Below are positions 14,302 through 25,335 of a DNA stretch of 28,625 nucleotides, piece by piece. Within the stretch, counting starts at the first letter, position 1. Each line of letters starts with the position of its first letter. The position numbers and the translations under genes are program-made. The stretch spans positions 1-28,625 of the IMG/VR virus record IMGVR_UViG_3300035397_000052. The stretch is one strand, 5' to 3'. Below the pieces are notes generated by a model. It was not told where the DNA came from and made no database searches. It saw only the letters and a list, made by a program, of their open reading frames with translations. Source of the DNA: a virus (Duplodnaviria; Caudoviricetes).

Positions 14302-17300
14302 ATGAGCGATGCTATTAATGGAACAATACAAAGTTTAGACACGCTATCAAACTCAACTAAATCTTATGCAGATTTATTTAATTCTGCTAATAAAGCTATA
14401 GCATCAGGTGTATATGCTAGTAATAGATCTATAGTAGAATTAGGGGATGAACTTAGCAAATTATCAGATGAAGCTAGTGATTTAAAAACATCACTAGCTA
14501 ATGCTATATCTATTAATGACACTGTTGAAATAGATAAACTAGTTAAAAAATATCAAGATCTTGAGTATACTTTTTCAAATCTTGGGGAAACTTTAGAAGA
14601 AGGATTAGACTCCTTAAATCGTGCTCTTGCTCAAGAGTTTGACACATCTTCAGTAGATTCTATTAAAACAAAACTTAACTCAGCTGTAAATGACTTAGGT
14701 AAATTCAAAAAGCAGTATGGAGTTACACTAGATTCTATAAATCCAGAGTTTGAAATGTTTCAAATGCAGTTAAAAGGTCAAAATGATCGTATAACATATA
14801 GCATGGGTTTGCTTAGTCGTTATAAATCAACAAGAAGTGCATTAGAGCTATCAACAGGATTCACAATATCAGAATTTGATATAGGTGATGCTGTTAAAGA
14901 AAAAGAAGACGAGATTAAAGATTTACAAGATACAATAGATAGCTTAGTAGGAGACGGAACACAAATATTTAACACTGCTGATAAAGAATATATAGACGGA
15001 TTAAAGAAACAGATTAAAGATTTAGAGACTTATATTAAATCTTTAAAATCTTCTGTTGGTAAACACACAGACGGATATATTGACTTATACAATCAGACAG
15101 AAAATGCAGCAAAGGCAGTAGATGTAAAAATGCCTTTGATTAACCATCTCGGAAACAAGGCTAGCGAAGTAGTTTCTACGCCTGAATTAACTGACGAAAT
15201 AGAAAAAATAGATACTCTAAACCAACAAATAAAAGCAATACACAAAGCGAAAAATGATAAGCTTGATGATGCTGATAAAGATACTATTAAACAACTTAAA
15301 GAGAGAATAGCGGAATCTGAAGCAACAATTAAAATTATAGAAGATTCAGTTGTTAGTAGAATGGATCCTAAAGATATTGCAATGACACCATCACAATATA
15401 ACAATAATAATAAACAATCAACGTTAGACTTAGGAGATTCCTGGGATAATCAAGACATACTTGAAGCACCAAAAGTAAACAATATAGATAACTTAAATAC
15501 TGAGAAAAAAGTAAGTAAAGATATTAATGAGATACTTAATGAAAAACAAGATATCATTAATAATATATCTGATGAACTAAAGGAGCAATATCTATCAGAC
15601 ACAAAAATAGAAGAAGCAACAAAAAGAGGTTTATCTAATATATCAACATATCAATCAGGTTTGAATGCTATAGGTAGAACAAGAGTAGAGCAATCAAAAT
15701 CACCAATCAAAATAGATAGTAGTAATATTAATCAAGTAGCTATAGTCACAAGCTATAAAAATAATGCAGAAGATGCATTATTAAAGGCTAAGCAGTTACA
15801 AACAGAACTATTAAAAAATGCTGAAATAGCTTCAGACATATCTAGAACATCAATTTTAAGTGGCGGAGTAACAATAGATACAAACGCACTTGATGATGTA
15901 CAATCCATATTAAGCAGTCCATATAGAATAAACCTAGATGTAAACTCGGCTGAGTTTAAGCAACTGGAAGAAGCCGAAATAATACTTAAATCTGTTGTTC
16001 AACAATACGCAGATTTAAGAGTTGCTATGCCCGAAACTGGTGATGAGTCTAAACTAGGTAAATATTTAGCTCTTAGGGAAATGGAGTTAAAACTAAATAA
16101 TAAAGAAGATGCTGAGAAAAATAGAGATAGAACTGATAAAGAATATATAGCATCACAGAGAACAATATTAGCAAATGAGAAAGCTATTGCGGCATTTAAA
16201 TATATGCATAATAGTGAAATGGCAAAGGCTAAAACAGCTCCTGAACGTAAAGCAATAGACTTAAAGTATAATGCAAAAGAAGTTAAAGACATCAATGGAA
16301 AAGTAACACAACCTTCTGGGCTTATAGAAATGAGAGAATCCCAGATAAGACTAGCAAAAGCGAGACAGTCATTTATTACACGTACATATGGTGAAAATGG
16401 TTTAACATTACCTGAAGTATCTACTAAAAATATAAAGCCAGCAATGGGGGAATATTACAAACCTTATCTAGATAGCAAAAGGGCAGACTTAGATGCATAT
16501 AGAAACAATATGCAGGCACAAGACAAAGTAATTAAAGAAATACTTGGTAATAAAAAGCAAGGAACTAACACATCACAACTAGAAACTAAACTAAAAACAT
16601 TAAAAGACAATATGGATTTAGCGTTCAGGACTAAAAATACTGAACGTTTAATGCAGTTAACTCCAGAATACATTGCTTTAATAGACAAACTAAAAAACAA
16701 GATAGAAGGAGCAGCAAAAGCTCAATCAATAGCATCAAAAAGACAGGAAGACAATTTAAAGAAAGAGTTTAATGCAACTAAATCATATGTATCAAATCAA
16801 GAAGCCGAAACAAAGAAACCCATGGACTACAAGGATCAAATAGATTACTATACAAAGCAACTCCCTAAATTCGTAAAGAATTCAGAGGGGTATTACTCTG
16901 TACTTAAATTGTTAAATGCAGCAGAAACAGCACAATCAGACGCAGCAAAAGCAGCAGCAGATAAAGACATAAAAGCTAAACTAGCTATAACAAAAGCATA
17001 CATTGCTCAAACTGAGGGTCTTTCTAAAGGTACTATTAGTTATGCAGATAGAGCAAATTATTACTCTAAGCAATTAAAGTTGTTTATCAAGGATTCTAAA
17101 GAATACACAGAAGTATTAATGTTACAAAAAGAAGCAGAAAAAGCAGCAGAGGATGAAAAAGAGTCAGACATTAAGAATAAGACTAAACAAGATTTTGATG
17201 AAACAAAAGCATACGTATCAACACAAGAAGCAAACACAAAACAACCTATGTCACATCAGGCTAAAATAGATTATTATACAAAACAATTACCACTATTCAT

Positions 17301-20300
17301 AAAGAACTCTAAAGAATGGATAGAAGTATTAAAATTGTTAAACGCGGCAGAATCTGCAAAAGATACTGCTACTAAAAAAACTGCATCAGATAAAATTAAA
17401 GATGAGTTTGATACAACTAAATCATATGTAGCAAATGAAGAAGCACGAACAAATAAACCCATGTCATATAAAGATCAAATAGATTACTATACAAAACAAC
17501 TCCCCAAATTCGTAGTAGAATCTGAGGAGTATATTGCTATACTCAAATTAAAAAATGCGGCTGAGAAAAATCAAGCAAATGAGTCAAAATCAGCAGCAGA
17601 GAAAAATAGAGCAACACTCAAAAACATAGGCACAGGCATAACAAGCACAATAACTAAAATCACTAGTACAATAAGAAGTGCCTTCCAAAACATTAATCAA
17701 TTTGTCAGTGGTGCAGTCAGGGCATTCCAAAACGTAGGAAATGCAATAAGACAGGTTGTAACATTTGCAACTGGCTTTGGTAACAGAATTAAGCAGGCAT
17801 TTGGTTTAGCTACAACAGGCGCCAATGGTGCAAATAAAGGATTTAATATACTTAAAGGCACTGCTACCGAACTACGTTCTAAATTACTCCTACTATCAGG
17901 CGCTTTAGAGCGTGTTTTCAACAATCAATTATTAATAAAAGGTAACAAGTTATATTCTTCAGTATATACATTAAAGACTATAATGGGAGACGAGTTAACA
18001 AATGACACAATAGCCTGGGCCAACAAGATGGAATATGCTTTTGGTCTTAGTGCTAAAAATCTACTAACAGACCTTAGCCGCCTTAGTACAATTATGTATG
18101 GGTTAGGAATGGCAAAGGCAGATGTTAGTGTAGCATCTAAAAACTTTGCTATACTAGCTAGACATTATGCCCTCATGGGTCATTATGGTGGTAGTATAGA
18201 AGAAGTAACAACAGCAATCATATCCGGTTTAAAGGGTGAAACGGAAGCAATTGATAACTTAGGGCTTTCAATCAAAGCGGCCCAAATGAACCAATACTTA
18301 AGAGATTTAAAAGCACAAGGTGGAGAATATTCTAAACTAGGAAACCGTATAGAGGACCTAACAGAACAACAGAGAGTATATGTCCGTTATGCTGCTATTA
18401 TGGAACAGTATACAAGTAAGTATGATGTTACTGCTTTTGCTGCTTCTCTTGACACAGTTACCGGTAGAATAACAATATTAAAAGAAGCATCATCATCTTT
18501 TGGTGTTACACTTGGGCAGGTGTTCACTCGTCTATTATCATCAGTTGCTCCTACACTAACATATATTGTTAAATTCATAGAGTCAAAGATAAGCGGTTTA
18601 GCAGTATTTCTAGGTTCTATACTAGGAACAGACCTAACAATAGGCGTCTCGGCAGACATGAACAATAGTAACAAAGCGACAGATGGATTAAATAAGAACC
18701 TAGGCAAAACAGAAGAAGAATTAAAAGCAATAGATGATGCAGCGGCAAAAGCCGGTGAATCAATGAAAAATGCATCAGTTGCAGGATTTGACCAGCTTGA
18801 AAGCGTAGATACTAAATCAGATAAAGCAGGCGCAGGCGCAGGTGCGGGTGGAATTGATTACTCCTTCCTTATGAGCGATAAGTTAGGAGAATTAAATGCG
18901 TTAGCAGATGCTGCCACTGTTAGTTATTATGAGAAACAAAAGGAAAGATTTGAAGCATCATTAGCTGAAAGAAAATCAACATTTATAAACTGGATAAAAG
19001 ATATAACTGGGCGTGCAACAATAGACCTAGGGTTTAATTGGCCTTCAATAAAGCAGAAGTTAGGCGGGATATTAGGCGGTATTAAACTAACTCTAGGCAA
19101 TGTTGGAGCGTTAGTAATATCAATAGGAATAAAGGTTTTAGATGATATAAACATAGGCACTCTTATAGATAATGTTCTAAAAGTAATAGCAAGCATTGTT
19201 AACCTAGCAGAGACAATAAGTTCTAAATTAATGCCTGAAGTAAATAAGTTCTATGACAAGTTTATTTCTCCTTTAGTGACAGAGAGGGGAAAAAAGATAT
19301 CAGATACATTACTAGCTATTTCGTCTGCTATCAATGATATATCTACAAATATATCATTATCAGGTGCTCCTGACCTTGTTAAGAAATTCGAGGAATTCAA
19401 AAAAGCTCATCCAGTATTACAAACCATTATAGACATATTTACTAAAATTAAAGAAATAGGTAATACATTGATAAAAGAAGTATTACCTCCAATACTAGCA
19501 TCATTCGGTGAGTTCTTAAAATCTGAGTTCCTTCCCTGGTTACTTGGTAAATTAAATGAGTTAGGAGAATGGTTAAAAGAGCATAAAGATAAAATTAAAA
19601 CACTACTAGAAACAGTAGGCAATTTCGCATGGGATACATTTAAATTATTCGTAGAAGCAGTAGCAAAATTGATTGATTATATAGTAGAACATCCTAAATC
19701 AGTTCAGAACTTCTTTATAGCCTTGTTAGCACTAAATGTAGCAGGTTGGTTTATTGGTGCTGCAAATGGTGTTTTAGGAATGATCACCAATCTTAAAACA
19801 TTGGGGTTAATGAAAGCTCCTAAAGCACTTGCAGAAGTAGGAGCTGAGGCAGCAACTAAGACTGGTATTCTATCTAAAGTTGGTGGTGGACTAGCAAAAG
19901 CAGGTGGAGCAGTAGCAAAAGGAGCCACAGCAGCAGCTGGTGGAATTGGTTCATTTGTTTCCGGTAGTGGTATTCTTACCGGTGCTGGAGCAACAACAGC
20001 TAGTGGTATAGCAATGGCTGGGGCGTCTGCTGCTCTTGGTTTGTTCCTTGTTGGTAAAGATGCAGTCCAAGGCATGGATAAGAGTACTGATATATTTGGC
20101 ACACAAGAAGGAAACACAACATCGGCAAAAGTATCAACAGGCATAGGATTCGGTTTAGGTGGTCAAGCAGGTGCCTTTGATGCAGCAAAAACAGCAGGAG
20201 AAAAAGCAGGCAGCATAGCATTAAATGCGCTTAAAGGCGCTGCTCTTGGTGCTGCTCTTGGTTCTGTTGTCCCTGGCCTTGGTACTGCTGTGGGTGCTTT

Positions 20301-21393
20301 AGTTGGTGGTGTTGTTGGTACTGTTACGGGTGTTATTGGTGGAGAGAATATATCCAAAGTAGTCAATGGCGCTTGGGAAGGGCTTAAGACTGGTGCCACT
20401 GGTGCATGGAATACTGTTTCATCCACAGCCTCAAATGCCTGGGCAGCAGTTAAATCAAAGGGATCAGAAGCAGTAACAGGGGCAAAAGAATCAATAACAA
20501 ATTTAGGTGCTTCTGTTGTTGAAAAATTCGACAGTATGAAAGGCAAAGCTTCAGACCTTTGGACTAAAGTTAAAGAATCAGAACCATGGAATATTGCAAA
20601 AGGAGCTGCAACAATTCTAAAAAATTCAGCGGTTCAAGATTTCAACTTAGTTAAGGATACTGTTTCAGGTTTATGGACTAGCGTGAAAGATGGTACTGCT
20701 TGGGATACTATTACAAAAGCTGCAACTACTCTAAAGAATTCAGCAGTACAAGATTTCAATTTAGTTAAAGACAGTGTATCTAACTTATGGGACAAAGTTA
20801 AAGACAAGAGCGTATGGGAAGTTGGTGGAATGGCTGTAGATGGCATAGTAAAATCATTCTCAGGATTAAAAGCTAGACTTTCTCCAATATGGTCAGATGT
20901 TAAATCTGGTGCTACATCAGTACTAGCAGGCATAGGAACAACACTCACAGACATATGGAAAGGAATAAAAAACGGGATAACAAATGCAGGAAATTACCTG
21001 ACTGGTAAAACAACTCAAGAACCTACATTTACTGTTCCAAATGTTCCATATGTTAGACCTCGTGCAACTGGTGGTCATTCTATGACTGGTCAAATGTTTA
21101 TCGCCAATGAAAACGGAGCTGAACTAGTTGGAAACATTGGGGGCGGTATTGGTGCTGATGTGGCAAATAATTCTATGATTATTAAAGCCATAGAAGAAGC
21201 GTCATATAGAGGACAAGTTAGGGCAAATGCAGCAAACAAAAATAATAGGGGTTCCGGAGAAATACATCTCCATATGAACGAAAACGGCATTACAATAATG
21301 GATGAAAATCAGTTAAGAAAGTTAGAACAAACATTGTCAAAATTCAGAGGTGCCAATATGTCTAACATAGCTAACGTTGAGTTTTCACTGTAA
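14302..21393 (+). CDS. Tape measure protein (2363 aa)
   Basis: Position between the chaperones and Dit. Central SGLKGETEAIDNLG core, Gly/Ala-rich hydrophobic segments, Trp-periodic repeats, C-terminal ATGG...FIANENGAELVG...VANN motif. Confidence 0.93.
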   Translation: MSDAINGTIQSLDTLSNSTKSYADLFNSANKAIASGVYASNRSIVELGDELSKLSDEASDLKTSLANAISINDTVEIDKLVKKYQDLEYTFSNLGETLEEGLDSLNRALAQEFDTSSVDSIKTKLNSAVNDLGKFKKQYGVTLDSINPEFEMFQMQLKGQNDRITYSMGLLSRYKSTRSALELSTGFTISEFDIGDAVKEKEDEIKDLQDTIDSLVGDGTQIFNTADKEYIDGLKKQIKDLETYIKSLKSSVGKHTDGYIDLYNQTENAAKAVDVKMPLINHLGNKASEVVSTPELTDEIEKIDTLNQQIKAIHKAKNDKLDDADKDTIKQLKERIAESEATIKIIEDSVVSRMDPKDIAMTPSQYNNNNKQSTLDLGDSWDNQDILEAPKVNNIDNLNTEKKVSKDINEILNEKQDIINNISDELKEQYLSDTKIEEATKRGLSNISTYQSGLNAIGRTRVEQSKSPIKIDSSNINQVAIVTSYKNNAEDALLKAKQLQTELLKNAEIASDISRTSILSGGVTIDTNALDDVQSILSSPYRINLDVNSAEFKQLEEAEIILKSVVQQYADLRVAMPETGDESKLGKYLALREMELKLNNKEDAEKNRDRTDKEYIASQRTILANEKAIAAFKYMHNSEMAKAKTAPERKAIDLKYNAKEVKDINGKVTQPSGLIEMRESQIRLAKARQSFITRTYGENGLTLPEVSTKNIKPAMGEYYKPYLDSKRADLDAYRNNMQAQDKVIKEILGNKKQGTNTSQLETKLKTLKDNMDLAFRTKNTERLMQLTPEYIALIDKLKNKIEGAAKAQSIASKRQEDNLKKEFNATKSYVSNQEAETKKPMDYKDQIDYYTKQLPKFVKNSEGYYSVLKLLNAAETAQSDAAKAAADKDIKAKLAITKAYIAQTEGLSKGTISYADRANYYSKQLKLFIKDSKEYTEVLMLQKEAEKAAEDEKESDIKNKTKQDFDETKAYVSTQEANTKQPMSHQAKIDYYTKQLPLFIKNSKEWIEVLKLLNAAESAKDTATKKTASDKIKDEFDTTKSYVANEEARTNKPMSYKDQIDYYTKQLPKFVVESEEYIAILKLKNAAEKNQANESKSAAEKNRATLKNIGTGITSTITKITSTIRSAFQNINQFVSGAVRAFQNVGNAIRQVVTFATGFGNRIKQAFGLATTGANGANKGFNILKGTATELRSKLLLLSGALERVFNNQLLIKGNKLYSSVYTLKTIMGDELTNDTIAWANKMEYAFGLSAKNLLTDLSRLSTIMYGLGMAKADVSVASKNFAILARHYALMGHYGGSIEEVTTAIISGLKGETEAIDNLGLSIKAAQMNQYLRDLKAQGGEYSKLGNRIEDLTEQQRVYVRYAAIMEQYTSKYDVTAFAASLDTVTGRITILKEASSSFGVTLGQVFTRLLSSVAPTLTYIVKFIESKISGLAVFLGSILGTDLTIGVSADMNNSNKATDGLNKNLGKTEEELKAIDDAAAKAGESMKNASVAGFDQLESVDTKSDKAGAGAGAGGIDYSFLMSDKLGELNALADAATVSYYEKQKERFEASLAERKSTFINWIKDITGRATIDLGFNWPSIKQKLGGILGGIKLTLGNVGALVISIGIKVLDDINIGTLIDNVLKVIASIVNLAETISSKLMPEVNKFYDKFISPLVTERGKKISDTLLAISSAINDISTNISLSGAPDLVKKFEEFKKAHPVLQTIIDIFTKIKEIGNTLIKEVLPPILASFGEFLKSEFLPWLLGKLNELGEWLKEHKDKIKTLLETVGNFAWDTFKLFVEAVAKLIDYIVEHPKSVQNFFIALLALNVAGWFIGAANGVLGMITNLKTLGLMKAPKALAEVGAEAATKTGILSKVGGGLAKAGGAVAKGATAAAGGIGSFVSGSGILTGAGATTASGIAMAGASAALGLFLVGKDAVQGMDKSTDIFGTQEGNTTSAKVSTGIGFGLGGQAGAFDAAKTAGEKAGSIALNALKGAALGAALGSVVPGLGTAVGALVGGVVGTVTGVIGGENISKVVNGAWEGLKTGATGAWNTVSSTASNAWAAVKSKGSEAVTGAKESITNLGASVVEKFDSMKGKASDLWTKVKESEPWNIAKGAATILKNSAVQDFNLVKDTVSGLWTSVKDGTAWDTITKAATTLKNSAVQDFNLVKDSVSNLWDKVKDKSVWEVGGMAVDGIVKSFSGLKARLSPIWSDVKSGATSVLAGIGTTLTDIWKGIKNGITNAGNYLTGKTTQEPTFTVPNVPYVRPRATGGHSMTGQMFIANENGAELVGNIGGGIGADVANNSMIIKAIEEASYRGQVRANAANKNNRGSGEIHLHMNENGITIMDENQLRKLEQTLSKFRGANMSNIANVEFSL
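16750..17600 (+). repeat. Four tandem 213-nt (71-aa) coding repeats in the tape measure
   Basis: Unit KxEFxxTKSYVxxQEAxTKKPMxYKDQIDYYTKQLPKFVKNSExYxxVLKLLNAAE. Equivalent codons at 16768, 16981, 17194 and 17407. Confidence 0.9.
20605..20820 (+). repeat. 114-nt (38-aa) tandem duplication in the tape measure
   Basis: AATxLKNSAVQDFNLVKDxVSxLWxxVKD starting at 20605 and 20719. Confidence 0.85.
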
Positions 21394-21405
21394 CAGGAGG
21401 AAATT

Positions 21406-21798
21406 ATGGCAGACTTTTCAATAGACGGCATAGAGTGCAAAAGACCTACTACATATCTAACTAAAGTCCACACAATTACACAAGATTCTGAGCGTCTTCC
21501 TGGGTCTTATAGACTCGTTGCCCCTTATAAGGCAACAGTCTATGAAACCATATGGACATATAAAATACTAACAGGAGCTGAATATGACATTTTATATAAT
21601 GCTTTTGTATTTAGTAATATAGCAAATAAAAGCATTGAACACACATTAAAAACAATCAATTCAAATACTGGGGCATCATTAACTTACAAAACATATACTC
21701 CTGAAACATTTGAAGGTAATCTTATCAGATTAGTCAACGGTAACAGAGAGTATAGAGATGTAACATTTACGTTTATAGGTGTTGGGGGTGGAGAATAA
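21406..21798 (+). CDS. Distal tail protein (Dit-like, DUF6711-like)
   Basis: Directly after the tape measure, 130 aa, with IDG...PTTY...DSER...W.Y..LT and YRDVTFTFI pattern. Confidence 0.75.
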   Translation: MADFSIDGIECKRPTTYLTKVHTITQDSERLPGSYRLVAPYKATVYETIWTYKILTGAEYDILYNAFVFSNIANKSIEHTLKTINSNTGASLTYKTYTPETFEGNLIRLVNGNREYRDVTFTFIGVGGGE

Positions 21799-23165
21799 TG
21801 GTCGAACGCGTTACCAGTGTACAATGTGAGTTAACTATAAAACTCAGTAACGCTACAACCATACCCTTAAAGTTGGACGTATTTGGAGAGCAGCATAATT
21901 TAGTTAACTACATTACAAATATATCTAAAAATGAGTCATCTAGCGCACAGGGCGTTAATCCTGTTGGTGTTGTATCAAGTGATACACTTACAATAGAATT
22001 AAAATCCGTTGATAGATCATTAATTCCAGAAAATGAAGCATCTCCTTATTTTGGATTCATGGACAACACAGCAATAATATTAATAAAATTGATTGATGAA
22101 ATAGGAGATATAACATTCGGAAAAATGTATGTTAGTCAATGGTCCCCACAAGTAACAAGCTCTAACCCTTATAGGGTCGTTATTGAATGTACTGATATAC
22201 TTAGCATCATAGGAAAAAGCTCTGTTCCTTCTATAAATATGCCTGAAGGAATGCTTACAAAGGATTATTTTCTAGCAGTTATAGATGCAGTAAATCTTAA
22301 AAATGATTCAGACCATCAGTTAAATTACACTGCGTCAGACATCTCATTTAGTGAGTTTCCAGAGATGCAATTTAGTGGAATAGACTTAACAAATATGTCG
22401 GATTTGTTTAATATCATAAGCCAGTCAACTCTAACAAACATATACATAGGTAGAGATAATAAATTAAAAACTGACTACTGTTGTAATGACACAGCATCAG
22501 AAAGCGTCTGTACGTTATCAGATAATGTAAATCTTTTAAACATTTCCCCAACAACTGGTGGGCTAGTTGGGTTTAATGGTGTTAAAGTCAATTATAATAT
22601 AGGAGTCATTAATCCAATATCAAAGGTCGTAGAGTTAACAAATCAGCAATTAGTTATAGGAGAAAACTCATTCACAAATATAGACTTAGGCGGAAATGTA
22701 TTTAAAATCAACATTATAGAAATAGTAGCAGATGATGGTTCTGAACCTGTTATTACGCTTGTTGAATATAGTAAGAACAATCTAAAAATATTGTTGACTA
22801 GTGTAACTTCTACAACATGCAGTATTTATATATATGGGCAGACTGTTAATAATAGTCAAATGTTCATAGAAAAATATAAAGATACAATAAATAACAATTC
22901 AGTACTTACATTAACTAACACAATGATACCAGCTTCATACATTGATAAATTCTGTACTGAGATGGTTAGTTTACTAGGCAAGAAAAACTCAAGATTAACA
23001 GTAGCAGGATGGATAAACCCTAGAATACTTGTAGGAGACACGGTATATATAGACGCTGCAGCATCAACTAAATTAACAGGATACTACAAAGTAATCACAG
23101 CTACATGGAATATAGCAGCAGGAATAAAAGGTTCCCTACAATTAATGAAATTGATAGGAGAATAA
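21798..23165 (+). CDS. Tail hub / Tal-like baseplate protein
   Basis: After Dit. PVGVVSS..L.I, ECTD.L, IYIGRDNKL and INPRILVGD.V motifs typical of hub proteins. Confidence 0.75.
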   Translation: MVERVTSVQCELTIKLSNATTIPLKLDVFGEQHNLVNYITNISKNESSSAQGVNPVGVVSSDTLTIELKSVDRSLIPENEASPYFGFMDNTAIILIKLIDEIGDITFGKMYVSQWSPQVTSSNPYRVVIECTDILSIIGKSSVPSINMPEGMLTKDYFLAVIDAVNLKNDSDHQLNYTASDISFSEFPEMQFSGIDLTNMSDLFNIISQSTLTNIYIGRDNKLKTDYCCNDTASESVCTLSDNVNLLNISPTTGGLVGFNGVKVNYNIGVINPISKVVELTNQQLVIGENSFTNIDLGGNVFKINIIEIVADDGSEPVITLVEYSKNNLKILLTSVTSTTCSIYIYGQTVNNSQMFIEKYKDTINNNSVLTLTNTMIPASYIDKFCTEMVSLLGKKNSRLTVAGWINPRILVGDTVYIDAAASTKLTGYYKVITATWNIAAGIKGSLQLMKLIGE

Positions 23166-23171
23166 GATTAA

Positions 23172-24554
23172 ATGGTTGAAACGAGTGAACTAAATAACTA
23201 CTCTCAAAATTCACTAAGCAACATAGGAACAGACCCAATAGTTTCGAGTATTGGTTCTATTAATCGTGACTCATCTGGATATATAACAGTAGGCAATAAT
23301 TCGGAATGCATGTTCTCTTATACATATGATTTAAATAATTATTTGAATTGTAGTAGTATTAAGCTAGATTATGTGATATCAGACGTTAGTGGATTAATGT
23401 CAACAAGATACAATGGCAGAATAGTAATAGAAGTAACTATTAAGTACACAGATGGAAAAAATCAAATTTATAGAATACTTCCATATTTAGAAACAGAAAC
23501 AAGTGGACAACTATCAAGCGTAGAAATACCAATTAAAAAAGAAAATATAGAGCAGGTTAAATTAAAACTAAAATACAATAGTGACACAACATCAACAGTA
23601 TTATTTAAAGCTGCAAATTTGTTTAATTCCAGGACTGCGGCAGAAGTAGCAATAGATACATATAAAACAGTAATTATATCAGGTGACAAAGGATATATAA
23701 CAGAGTTAACAGTTGATAAAATAGACACATCAAATAAAATAGAACGTTATAAAAATAGCGATACATCTCGTCTAGGATACTGGGAAGGACAAGACCAACA
23801 TATTGATTTTATAGAGGAAGTCATAATTGAACCAATAGAGACTGAACAAGCAACAGCTCGGACTGGTGAGTTATTATATTGGGAAGATCAATTCATGCAC
23901 GTCATAGATATTAAAGTTACTCCTTATCCTGTATTGCAGTACAAGTATGATAAATATGTAAAGATGTCTTTATTTCACTATATAGACTCGGTAACAGGAT
24001 ACGCAAACCCTAAAATTGTATTCGGTGCGGGTACTGGAAATGATTCATATCCAGATAGAGCAAAGGCATTCTTATACAAAACAGACGATGAGTTTATTTT
24101 AGAATACATGACTACATTTGATCAATTAAATAGTATTAAAATCGGAGAATATGGAATTAATATAGGCGGACAAGTTATAAAACTAAACGGCAAGGATTAC
24201 TCATCTGATCAAATGGTTAGGGTTTGGGTTGCAGAATCATTTCCACCAGAAGCAACAGAAAATGATTTGTTAGTAGACACAAATGACTGGCGTAGATATC
24301 TTAAAAAATCAGTTACAAGCAATGAAGTAGGGTTAATAAACCAACCTGAGTTCATTGAGTTTACTGGATCTACATCCTTAAATTATACATTACCCACGAC
24401 TGGCACCACGGAAGGCTGTATCAGTAAACTAAAAAATAGTTCTACTGCTATAATAAACCTTATAGGAACGATAGACGGAATTACTACTAACATACTATAT
24501 CCAAAAGAATCCGTTGAACTTGCATATAACGGGACTGATTGGAGAATAATGTAA
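23172..24554 (+). CDS. Tail tip / minor structural protein
   Basis: Beta-rich, located in the tail-tip cluster, C-terminal YTLP...IDG...ESVEL.YNGTDW domain. Confidence 0.65.
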   Translation: MVETSELNNYSQNSLSNIGTDPIVSSIGSINRDSSGYITVGNNSECMFSYTYDLNNYLNCSSIKLDYVISDVSGLMSTRYNGRIVIEVTIKYTDGKNQIYRILPYLETETSGQLSSVEIPIKKENIEQVKLKLKYNSDTTSTVLFKAANLFNSRTAAEVAIDTYKTVIISGDKGYITELTVDKIDTSNKIERYKNSDTSRLGYWEGQDQHIDFIEEVIIEPIETEQATARTGELLYWEDQFMHVIDIKVTPYPVLQYKYDKYVKMSLFHYIDSVTGYANPKIVFGAGTGNDSYPDRAKAFLYKTDDEFILEYMTTFDQLNSIKIGEYGINIGGQVIKLNGKDYSSDQMVRVWVAESFPPEATENDLLVDTNDWRRYLKKSVTSNEVGLINQPEFIEFTGSTSLNYTLPTTGTTEGCISKLKNSSTAIINLIGTIDGITTNILYPKESVELAYNGTDWRIM

Positions 24555-24555
24555 C

Positions 24556-25335
24556 ATGGGAAATTCGTTATGGCGTAAAACTTCTAACGGTATTGAACTA
24601 GTTAGAAACATAAACTCAAATCTAACAACAATGATTCCATCAAATCCAACATATGGTGACGGTTCCAGAAATGAAATAAACAATACATATAACAATAAAA
24701 TATATGTAGGCAATGATTTAAATCCTTGGAATTGGTATTATACATATTATAATAATAGAAATTGCTACAATAGTATTAAAGATAGACTTGAAACACTTAC
24801 CGGAGTAACAAGCCCAATTAGTTCGCATTTCTTTGATTTGTATGTTAGTGGGTGGAATGCAGCAACAAAATCAGCAACATTTACTGAGGATTTAGATAGA
24901 CAAACAAATATAAATAGGACAATAGCAATAACGTTTAGTAATGACGCATTCGCATATGCTAACAAAATGAGTACATTTAAAATAAAAATAAGTAACAACT
25001 GGTATACTTTAAACCAAGCAATAGCAGCAGGATTTATAGAACCACTCATTTTAATGGGGGCATACAAGTTCGGATATATAGGTTTCATAAATGGAGCAGT
25101 ACTAGGTCCGGTAGATCAAGGATTTGATTTCTGGGTTATCTTTAGACTTAAAAACCATCCTATAACAGCTATAACAGTATGGTTAGAAACATTTACACGT
25201 GGTAGCAGTGCTACCTATGTAAATATATACGAATACAATTCAACAATATCACTCACACGCGTAGGAAATCCAGTTCCTGCCCCTAGTGGAATCAATGCAA
25301 TACATAGACAAAACGGAGGGTTAGTAAATTTATGA
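24556..25335 (+). CDS. Hypothetical tail-associated protein (possible receptor-binding protein)
   Basis: Translationally coupled within the fibre cluster. Rich in Asn and aromatic residues. Confidence 0.5.
   Translation: MGNSLWRKTSNGIELVRNINSNLTTMIPSNPTYGDGSRNEINNTYNNKIYVGNDLNPWNWYYTYYNNRNCYNSIKDRLETLTGVTSPISSHFFDLYVSGWNAATKSATFTEDLDRQTNINRTIAITFSNDAFAYANKMSTFKIKISNNWYTLNQAIAAGFIEPLILMGAYKFGYIGFINGAVLGPVDQGFDFWVIFRLKNHPITAITVWLETFTRGSSATYVNIYEYNSTISLTRVGNPVPAPSGINAIHRQNGGLVNL

Noticed and set aside
24660-24780. AAY/TAY-rich stretch resembling a DGR template repeat
   Set aside because: No matching variable repeat differing at adenines and no reverse transcriptase in the window. Explained by Asn/Tyr-rich coding.
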